64,000 bases of DNA from Balanoglossus misakiensis. Lineage: Eukaryota > Animalia > Hemichordata. Positions 54,315 to 64,000 of the stretch are shown piece by piece. Location: contig CM082580.2 of NCBI GenBank assembly GCA_040954595.2, positions 6,641,519 to 6,705,518 of the forward strand, written 5' to 3'. Positions within the stretch are counted from its first letter, which is position 1. Every line of letters begins with the position of its first letter. A program made the translations under genes and the position numbers. The notes beneath the pieces are model-generated. The model worked only from the letters and a program-made list of their open reading frames with translations, was not told the origin of the DNA and did no database searches.

Positions 54315-54742
54315 TAGGGTGGCCTTTCACTTTCAAAATGGCTGATCACCTTGCAGCGAATGTGATCCTAATATTGCTCTGTTTTGGTCAAATTTCTAAT
54401 GTTCTTACTCAAGCCCAGGTAAGAGAAAGTCAGAAACTACCAGTGATTATTTTTAATTCAATGCAGAAAATTTTCTCATCAGATTGTCTCCTCTTTGCTG
54501 TTAGTAAGCAACACTTCATATCAAAAGGGTAGGGTGGCCTTTCACTTTCAAAATGGCTGATCACCTTGCAGCGAATGTGATCCTAATATTGCTCTGTTTT
54601 GGCCAAATTTCTAATGTTCTTACTCAAGCCCAGGTAAGAGAAAGTCAGAAACTACCAGTGATTATTTTTAATTCAATGCAGAAAATTTTCTCATCAGATT
54701 GTCTCCTCTTTGCTGTTAGTAAGCAACACTTCATATCAAAAG
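54315..54742 (+). repeat. 215-bp-period tandem duplication containing the TMIE first coding exon
   Basis: 54315-54527 and 54530-54742 are identical except for about one base (GGTCAAATT vs GGCCAAATT). Confidence 0.92.
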
Positions 54743-56852
54743 TCGTTTTTGTGTTGACAGAACAAAGGCAATGGACGTCATCTGAATGGTCTTTGTTATT
54801 TAAATGAAGGATGAAGTAAATTCCCGTATTATTGCCTCATTTAACTGTAATAATGAGTTTTGATCAAATATTAATTTCTTTTTAAGAACAAAGGAAACGC
54901 ATATTTTTTAGGTATATTATAATTGCATTATTCCATTAAAAATATTGTGCTATTCTGTTTCCTATCTAACATACATGTATATCTCATTGAATCAACTTCA
55001 ACAAGTAGATATCAACATTTTTATTTCAATGCGTTGATTATTCTGTGACTGAGTTTTAATCAGTCATAGTAGTTGTAGATTGCACTATTTTTCCTCTTCT
55101 TTTGTATTCCAAGGATGCAGGCACCACCAATGACGAGGACGGAGATGTGGAGTCCCAGGTCAAATTTACGGAGATTGATGTGTGGGGTCTGAGACTTTGG
55201 CAAGTAGCTGGGATTTTCCTTGCTGGAATAACAGCCATCGGTAAGTGTTGTGTGCGTGTGTGTGTTGGGGGGGGGGTTGAATGTGTGTGTGGGTGTGTGT
55301 ACATTATTGAAATCATTTTCCAAAAACAAGCATTATATCTCAGCATGATCATTGCATTTGCTATAATCAGGGAAGGGAAGGATGAAAAAACTGCATCGTT
55401 GAAACATTTTTGTTTCATAGAAACAATACAAATTTGTTTTTAAATTTTTTTGAATGTAAATTTCTATTTCAAACTGCAGTAGTTTATATGTAAAAAAAAA
55501 ACATTTTTTATCAGTGTTTTTGTGAAAAATGTCTGTCATATCTGTTGTAGTTATGCTTGCCTGCTGGGTCTGTGACATAAGAATTCCGAGGACGAAGGAA
55601 GAAATTGAAGCACGCTACAAGAAGAAGTTGGTCGTCGAGAAGTACGCCGACGAGATGAACACCATCTTCATCAAAGATCTCCCCAGACCACCACCAGAGG
55701 CCGCCGAAGTACAAGAGGAAGTCCAGCTGATAATGCCCAAGAGAAAAGAGAGGGCAACTCCCAAACAACAGAAGCCGAGAAGCAAATCCACCCCGAACAA
55801 ACTGTTGAAGAAACTCACCACGTTCGGCCGTTCTGAGGAAAAAGACACACAGATAGAAGAGTCGGTATGCATTTTGAGTCAATATTTCCGTTTTCTTCAT
55901 GATATGACAAAATTGTTAACACAAAAAAGGTCAAATTTTGACTCACACAACATATATACATGTACATCTACAGTCACACAAGTCGGGTGTTGTCAGTCTG
56001 TGTGGATTTACTCTTTAAGAATTACTTTTTGCAGATTCTTAGCCAAAAAAAACTTATCATCTGTGACCTGCAATTATAATAAATAAAAAAATGGCATCTA
56101 AAGAAAGAGATTTATTTACACAAAAATGCTAAATTTATTGAAAAACCAGGTAAAGCTCAGACTAATGATTCAACAAGCCATAAACATACCACATGTATTA
56201 CCATGGTGTGTGATCTACACTTCAAACCCAGCCCACATTAAAATTCAAATCTATTGAATGTGTCAATTTACAGTTGGCGTTGTTAAATACGACGGTCAAT
56301 TACCATTAAGGTTGCCATAGTAACAGACTGACGGATATTGCATGGGTTTGTTGAAAATAATATTTCCGAGTCCAGGAGAGAACTGAACAAATATTTAATC
56401 ATTCCACTACTTTCACAAAGTGCTCTCTTACAATATTTACTCAAAACCAACATTTACCCAAAACCAGTGTGATTTAGATTGCTCTGTAAATATGTAAAGT
56501 CTATAAAAGAAGGAATAAAATATAACAGGTAAATGTTCATGGACATGATTGATGCAAAAAGGCGAGTAATTTGCTGTGTATTACCGTTTCATTATTTATT
56601 GTAGACAGTAATTCAACACTGTTTGTAAATAATTGGCATATTTTGTACAGTGACATAGAAATTTACTGATATTTGAATATTTCTATTTCACACAAATATT
56701 TCTATTTCACACAGATGGGCCCGATCATCCACAACCCAGTCAGCAGTGACCCGGCACTGACAGCCAATCCCAAAGTGATTGAAGAACCACTGGGAGGTCA
56801 CATGACCAAGCCTGGCCAATCCTCAAGGCAGTACACGCTGTCAAACTTGTGA
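54338..56852 (+). CDS. TMIE: Transmembrane inner ear expressed protein homolog
   Basis: Hydrophobic first exon MADHLAANVILILLCFGQISNVLTQAQ (54338-54418, or the copy at 54553-54633). Exon 55114-55240 has VWGLRLWQVAGIF, exon 55551-55864 has CWVCDIRIPRTKEEIEARY (TMIE signature), and the last exon 56715-56852 ends YTLSNL*. Confidence 0.85.
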
Positions 56853-57812
56853 GGTGCTGATCAACGCTGTCAGCGGCCGACATTAGCAGACACCACCTTC
56901 AGAAGACTATTAGTGGTTGTCTAGAGTGCTGTGTTTTCGCAATGTTCAATTTGTATGTGTTGTTTGTACTGTATCTGCATGTCCAATTCGCCAAACATTA
57001 GTCCATCATCAAAATTAATTTGTTATCAGTAGAAATTTGACAGATGCATAGTGCAGCATTTGCAAGTATATGTCCCGATAGGGTTTTAGATTTTTAAATA
57101 CAGGGTACAAATTGCTTGATACACAAAGTACTTATATTTTATGAACCTAAAATGACTTTTGTGAACCTAAAATGACTATCTTTTGATGTCGGTCTAAATT
57201 TTTATATGCCCTTTAATAAGAAACTTATTGCAAAAAAATATATCTTTTCTAGTGACTTATTACCTTGCTAAAATGGGAATAAAATAAAATCAGATGTAGA
57301 GAAGTGGTCTGTTCTTTTTGCTTATATATCTTTTTTTTGTGTCTGTTGGTCTCAACTCTACAGTGATGATGACCAATCCATGCAAACACAAGGGACAGAG
57401 AGTAAAGGAGAAGCAAACAAAACAAACCAAACCCTGCAACTGATTTTTAATCAGAATATGACCTTGCGACTGTTGTTTTCGCAACAGTGATGTCATCAAA
57501 TAAAAACACTTTACAAATGTTTTATTTTCACAGCTCTAAATTTTATTAATGTAAAATTATCACTATAAAATTGCATTTCACATAGACAAATAAAGACTAT
57601 TAGTTGCCAGTAGAAAACATGTTTTGAATATTGCATACAATACTGTCATTATACACTTTGTAATAAATGATTGTCTAAAAATGTAAATATGAATGGTGTG
57701 CATTAATATTAAAATAGTTTCATATTTAACACCCCTTAATTGGGTGTTTCATTTTATTGGGGAAAAGATATGGCTCTCATACTGTTATACAGTGTGGCCA
57801 GGTCATCATATC

Positions 57813-59066
57813 CTAGAACACCGCCAGTACTTCAAAGTGACCCTTGAGCGACACCCCCTTGTCTTCAAAATGGTGTTTCTCCGTCACCCTGGCACCCAGT
57901 CCTATCAGTCGATCCGCAAACACTCTCTGCTCCTCCCCTGTCCACGGTTTCTGTGGGTTTCTCCTCTGGTACGGAGACATGTGAATGTGGATGTCTACAT
58001 CCAAGCCGGCCAGGTCCTTCAGGACGTCTTCGTCGGTTATCCACGTGTCCCTGGTGCCGCTGTGTCCGCCGTCAAGCCAGTACAAGTCGGTCCACCGTCT
58101 CAGGAATTCCACGGCCTGCTCGTCCTGCCTCGCGTTCTCCAGTTCGTACAGCATCTGATTCATGACTATGCATCCTTTGCTGAAACCAGCAATGACAACC
58201 GGCAGTTGAGCTTGGATCGAAGGCGAGCAAAACTCATCGCAGTCACTCTCCAGGCTGTCCCCACCTCTCTTGTTCGCCGCCCGCGAGTATCTCTTCGTGA
58301 ACTGGCTGGCGGGATTTCCGAGTTCACCGTTTATGTGTTCGACAGCATTCTGAAGCAGTGCCTTCAGATGCAGTATCGCTGTCATGTTTTTGGAGTATTT
58401 GGGCGTTCCGATCGTGTCTCCCTCCACAAAGTTGTCAAAGCAGCTGAAGCCGTCGGCAAACTTCCTCGAAGGCCGGATGACCCAGATGTAACTGTCCGGG
58501 AATCGTTTGCCTAGTAACGAAGCAGTGGCTTCTAAGTTCCATTTGTGCCATTTTCTATTGTCCCTATTTGCTTCCATTGACATAAGATAGTCCTGTGTGA
58601 GTAAATGAGATGAGCATTACAATTACATGTAACTTACATGTAAAACTGACAATGCTCACTGCACAAATGATGACTGATTGTATATGCAAGTATACATGTA
58701 AAGAATGCATTGTTCCTATCAGTAACTTCCCTTTGAATATAACAGAAGTTTAGCGTGAAAATCTGAACATACCAATTGGGTGTCAAGAAATTAACCTGAC
58801 TGAAAATAAAATCACTTTATGAGGTGTTTACTTCTTTTGAAGTGCAAGATTATAACATTGTATAATACAGATTTCACAGAATATGTTTTACGTACCTGTA
58901 CGTCACCTGGGAAAAATAATACATGTTTAGAACACGCTGGTGCCCCATAAAATAAGATATCGTTCTGTTTACCATCAGTGCCCAGGATTTTCAGCAAGAT
59001 ATGAAGTTGTCCACCTCCCCCAACGTCCATCCGATCCTTCTTCAGATTGTTGCCCGAGCTTGCCAT
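57813..59066 (-). CDS. C2orf69: C2orf69 (UPF0565) mitochondrial protein homolog, 2 coding exons
   Basis: Exon 59066-58896 ends HVLFFPGDVQ. Exon 58592-57813 has KWNLEATA..L..RFPDSYIWVIR, FSCFDNFV, GFSKGCIVMNQ, YWLDGGHSG..TWIT, HMSPYQ and HFEVL. The start Met is uncertain (59066 or 59030). Confidence 0.88.
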
Positions 59067-59780
59067 TACGACGGAATTTGTGAGAAAGCGAAATGCGTAA
59101 ATGATTGGAATGAATATCTTGTTCATTTTGCCATCACGTGAAAGAAAGTGGGCGTTTGATCACTGGAGTTAACGTGAAGTTTGTCGTTGGTATGCACGGT
59201 CACTTCACAAACCATGGTTTTCGCATTCAGCTCCCCCAGTGACCTCAGAAGCGAGGTCACGAGTTTACGACGCGTGTATTTTTTTGCGACAGTAAGTACA
59301 GTAGCATATTTATGGCACTGTCAGATTTGGATCATGTTGCACATCAAACTGTTAAGTTCATATAATGACTTATTCTGATTATTTGATTGTTTTTATATGT
59401 CTTTCAAAAATTACAGCGGATCTCCTTGTGCCGTAACACGGTACCACATGGTGTTGTTGAACCTCGTTTTCGGGCTCCGAATCCTCAAGGTTGTCGCGGG
59501 ACGGATGGCCGAACCGAAGTGTCTGCGGGTGTGTTACCCCTCCGTGACAATATTATAAGACAGTGGTCGGGTCGGAGAGGCCAATATGCAGACGTTTTGG
59601 ACAAGTTGACAGTTTTAACAAACATCTGATTACGTTTAGCGTGGTTCAGGGATCAACGGACCCACCGAAAGGGACAGCGTGATCGGAAACAGGAAGTGTA
59701 AGTCAGTCACATGATGGTAGCGCATAGGTGGTCCTCAGATAAACTCGAAAGTGAAACCAATGGAAAACAATATATCAGGT
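59067..59780. promoter_or_regulatory. Bidirectional promoter region C2orf69/MIOS including a likely MIOS 5' UTR exon
   Basis: Divergent genes with a CpG-richer stretch at ~59150-59730. Motifs include TCACGTGA (~59134), CAGGAAGT (~59690) and GTCACATGA (~59706). Confidence 0.5.
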
Positions 59781-59898
59781 TCCCGTTATTGCAGAAATTT
59801 GTTCCTATACTGTCAGTTTTGCATGATATATACAATTATTATATATTATACATGTAATGATGTATGTAAGTCTATGTATGAAGTACTGTAATTAGTGT

Positions 59899-60026
59899 AC
59901 ATACATACATACATACATACATACATACATACATACATACATACATACATACATACATACATACATACATACATACATACATACATACATACATACATAC
60001 ATACATACATACATACATACATACAT
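59899..60026 (+). repeat. (ATAC)n microsatellite
   Basis: About 32 perfect ATAC units. Confidence 0.95.
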
Positions 60027-60161
60027 AATTGTGTGTGTAAATAAATCATTATATGTGTACTAAGAGTATCCAAAAGAAAATTACTATTCTTTGATTGTTG
60101 ACCTATCTGTCCAACTTACAGGTAATCTGATCAGAGATAATTTTACCAAGACAGAATCAAA

Positions 60162-63100
60162 ATGACGAGCGGTACCAGATTTGAAATTCTGTGGTCACCT
60201 GTCCAGCCGGACAGTTTCTTGACCTTTGGCAATGACTTGACCCTGTATAAAGTGGAGAAGATGACCGAAGGCCAGGCCGTCAAAGCACAGGGACAGAAGA
60301 TATCCGATGACATGTTCGCAAATTTGGTATCTATCAACGCAGACCATCAGTACAACATGAAGGTAAGGTGTGAAAATGGTATGACATCTGGTCTGCAATG
60401 GTGGTGTCTTTGTAAAAGTGTTACTTTACCCCCCCCCCCCCCCCCCCCCACCACCACCACCACCTCACACACACCGCTGTTCTGACTACATTTTCTAGTA
60501 GGTCTGCAGTCGATACTAAACATGTTGGAATCGCATGCATCGAAACAACACACTTTCTCGTACGTCCATTCTTAAAGAATAATTCTGCTAACCCAACAAA
60601 ATGTCAGACTTACAATAAACCTAAGCACAGACAACCACCTCGAAAAGTAATCTTTCTTTCTTATTTTTCATCCATGTTTCAAATAGTGTGTGGCCTGGTA
60701 TCCCAAACCGCAGCCACACGATCTGTTAGCCGTCGGTTTGAACCACGGAAGAGTGGTGCTGACCAGTTTCGGACAGGAGTATGATTCCCAGGAACTGGTT
60801 GGGAAAGTGTTTATACCAAAGCATGGCAGAACTTGCAACAGTTTAGCTTGGAATCCCAGAGATTCCAGTCTGGTAAGTACTGTATCCATAATCCCTAGAC
60901 ATAAGATCCAATAGAATCAGTGAGAATTCACTGCAATAATATAGTTGCCAGGAAACCAACAGAATCAAGTCCTGCAGAATCCACTTTGATGGGTCTTTGT
61001 ATATGTTCATTCTACATTCTTTCGGTGAAGCCAGCATCTGGGAAGTACCAGTGTTAAAAATTGCCCTGTATAATTCTACATTGTCAAATCTGATGTTCTT
61101 TTACATCCATCCTAGTATCATTCTACAGAAGTCAGAAAGGAAATGCTTGAACGCCATTGAACCAGTCTACATGTAGATGCTTACATTGGATGATTGTTTG
61201 AATCCATGGTTTACTGATTATTGTCATGATTATTACAGTTGGCAGCTGGTTTTGGTGAGAAGTCCAGGACCGACTACTCAATATTAATATGGGACGTCAA
61301 TGCAAAACCAAGTAAGTTTACAGCTATGTGTCAGCTTTCATATTCACAACGAAAAAACTAGAAATTCAATATGAGATGATGAGCTTATCATGGTAATTTG
61401 GGGCAGAAATGAGCAAACACAAGGCAGAATACTTTTGTCATATATTTGGTTCAACTTTTTTTCAGCTGCAGAATTGAGTTCAACACCAGAGAGAAACAGA
61501 TCCATGGGTTACATGGACACTTCAAGTTCAGTCACCAAAGCTTTGATAGAATTGGGTAAGTTCAAAAAAGTAATTCCCTGTCAAGCTTGTGATGTTACAC
61601 TCATGTACAGGGTGTGAGCTGAGTTTTGTAACAACTAGTCTAACTCTTTAGTATGACAGTTGTTATCTTACAAATTTCAAAATCTTTCATTACCAGATTT
61701 TGTTATCAGTGTCTCTCTTTTGATGGATGTGTGTTCAATTTACTGTTTTTCAGGAATGTCGGAAACCACCACATCGTTGACGTGGTCTCATCACGAACCA
61801 ACACACCTGTTCACTGGAATGAACAATAAATTCTTACGAGTGTTTGATATCAGAGGTAAGACTTGAACAGAAATGGTGGATTTTTCGTCGCAGTCAGATA
61901 TTGAGGCTGTTGCATACAATATACAGGCAGAATTGTTTCTGGGATGGTAATAGACCATTTTTTGAATTCCGCAAGACACTGTATCTCAGTGCTCTTTTCA
62001 ACATCAGATCATTTTGAAATGAACAAAGGATCCTTCCTACATGAAATTTTTTTCCTCTTTCTAGATCCATCAAGACCTGTCAAAGTAGCCCTTACCAAAG
62101 CGGTGTATGGTGTGACTGCTGACACCTACTCGGCATATAGACTGGCATCATACAGTGAAGGACTGCTGACTATATGGGACTTGAGAAATTTTGAAAAACC
62201 TATATCCTTTCTCATAGTGTACACACTCTACCAGTACCTTTCGTTTTTATATACACACAATGTAAAAGAATGTGCCCATGGACTTTTTTTTTCCTGGACA
62301 GGTTATTGGGACTTATGCTACATGTTTTCAAAAATTAAAACATCCATCAATTGACTGCATCCCAGTGGGAAAAAAAAATCATGATGTTTTCCTTAACCTC
62401 TGTGCACGTTGTTTCCATCAATGAGAAATGCAACATCAGCAGGTTGTCATGGTGCCCCACCAGGATGGGACTGCTGGCCGTTCTCTCCAAGGACTATCCC
62501 ACCATCAAACTCTACGACGTCCAACACACTACATTCAGTGAGTAGCATTGGAGCTTTGCAGTGTGCATTGACCTGAGTGACCTCGCATTCTAGTGTCTGC
62601 TGTGCGTTAGTGTGGGTCTGCCGGTGTGATACGGACTTGACATTTGAACCGTAAATGCTGCTCTTCAACCTTGCACATACAGAATTTTGACCTAACCTTG
62701 AATGAGAATTTAATTATTTTACTGCTGACAAAGCAGTGCAAGTTGGACACAGAGAGACTGGATTGTCAATAGAAATACATAGATGCAAGGGTCACACACA
62801 AGTCATGGAAAGACCACCTGTGTGCACTTCAGGATGGCAAAACTAGGTAATTGTTGGTCACTTAGTAAATTGCAAAATATTTTTGTGTCTTTCAGCTGAA
62901 GATGTTGAACCCGCAGTGATTGAAAGAACAGTCAAACGTAAGTACACCCTGTTTCCTCACATTTTACCTGTGAAACTTAGTGCTGACATTCTAACATGAA
63001 TATTAGGACACAGCAAAGCCATTCTGATACGACAATCCAGAGAAATGAGTATGCTATCCAAAACCTAATTTTTCTGCGTCTGTCCACAGCATTCCAAGGC

Positions 63101-63769
63101 AACCAGACCATGTCGTCCTTTGCTTGGCATCCGACACACGAGAACCGAATGATAACCATCACACCTGGTGGCACTATGAAAGACATCACGGTCTTTGAAC
63201 GGATAGCGTTGGTGAGTTCAGAATGTTTCTGGTCTTTGATGTGCATTTCACATAGTGAGTGAAATCTGTCAGTTAAGGTACAATTGGGAAAAGAAAATCT
63301 GTCCTTAATAGACAGGTGGCATGCTATTCAAACCGTAAAAAGGTCTAATCATCCACTCAAAGTAAAAAAATATAAAATTTGGCAGTCTGAAAAACTCCTT
63401 AGTCTGTCATCGTGTACATTGATCAAGTTTCCCCACTTCCAGTGCGGAACCATGGGGCCATTCAAAAGTTTGTGATCAGGAACACTGAAAATGAACGATT
63501 GAAATTTTGATAACAGACAAGGTTTTATCTATTACTTTCACGCAAATTCACTCAGGCATGGTCCCCACACACCAGTGTGATCTGGTCGTGCGGCAAGAAA
63601 CTACTGCAGGGCGCACCCGAGGTCCCCAGCGCTCAAGTGGAGGACGACATCTCCGTGGAGATGAAGCGCCGCGCCAAAGCCGGATACGGACTACAGACGG
63701 AACAGCTCGGCGAGAACGGAGACATCACCGGCGATCCAAAGTTGACTAGGCTGTGGTCGTGGCTGAACG
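60162..63769 (+). CDS. MIOS: GATOR2 complex WD40 protein MIOS (5' part; continues beyond window)
   Basis: [13 protein letters not shown]; [23 protein letters not shown]; [14 protein letters not shown]; [10 protein letters not shown]; [10 protein letters not shown]; [10 protein letters not shown]; [13 protein letters not shown]; [14 protein letters not shown]. Confidence 0.92.
62202..62407 (+). other. U12-type AT-AC intron in MIOS
   Basis: The 5' end is ATATCCTTT, the branch site is TTCCTTAAC (62389-62397), and the intron ends ...GCAC. Removing it joins NFEKP|[19 protein letters not shown] in frame. Confidence 0.9.
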
Positions 63770-64000
63770 ATATCCTTTGATTGCGTCATCACGTGCAATT
63801 TTTTTTTTATCAAAGCCTCGAGGCTTGATAGATCTATTCCCATTCTGTTGCTTATCTGCATGGAAACCGTTGCCTAGCAACAAAATCGCTCAATTGCATC
63901 ATCCCTTCCCATTAATTTCTAGCCACAGTTGCTGTGTAATCTTATCTGTACGGTATCATTCATTTGCTGCACTGTGTACATCGTTTCTTTCCAAAAATAG

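Noticed and set aside
57693-58514. 273-aa plus-strand ORF
   Set aside because: Antisense shadow of the C2orf69 exon with no recognisable motifs.
59846-60073. ORF with (MYVC)n repeats
   Set aside because: Translation of the (ATAC)n microsatellite.
63905-64000. CCATTAAT...CCAC as the 3' end of the second U12 intron
   Set aside because: Poor branch consensus, and the downstream frame does not resemble MIOS and stops at the window end.

Overview
Eukaryotic, intron-rich, AT-rich animal genomic DNA. It is most likely a marine invertebrate deuterostome (hemichordate/ambulacrarian-like); that is an inference from gene content and repeat style, not proven. There are eight spliced genes in order: (1) a very large MAM/LDL-receptor class A type-I membrane receptor (MALRD1-like, +, from 447); (2) DHRS11-like SDR (+); (3) a PhyH-family 2OG/Fe(II) dioxygenase (+); (4) MMADHC (-); (5) BRCA1 (+), head-to-head with MMADHC; (6) TMIE (+); (7) C2orf69 (-); (8) MIOS (+), head-to-head with C2orf69 and running off the window. 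The most striking structure is in the MAM/LDLa gene: one N-terminal trunk is followed by two intact, paralogous 12-exon C-terminal cassettes (MAM-LDLa-MAM-LDLa-TM-tail with NPVY). Both begin with a splice acceptor in phase with the same upstream donor, which suggests mutually exclusive receptor ends. Other notable items: two AT-AC (U12) intron donors in MIOS, a Helentron-type (HINE) element carrying a ~236-bp satellite array, tiny TAG...CTA MITEs with 9-bp target-site duplications (one duplicating a splice donor), a near-perfect tandem duplication of the TMIE first coding exon, and duplicated exons in BRCA1. Exon coordinates were read by eye and may be off by a few bases.
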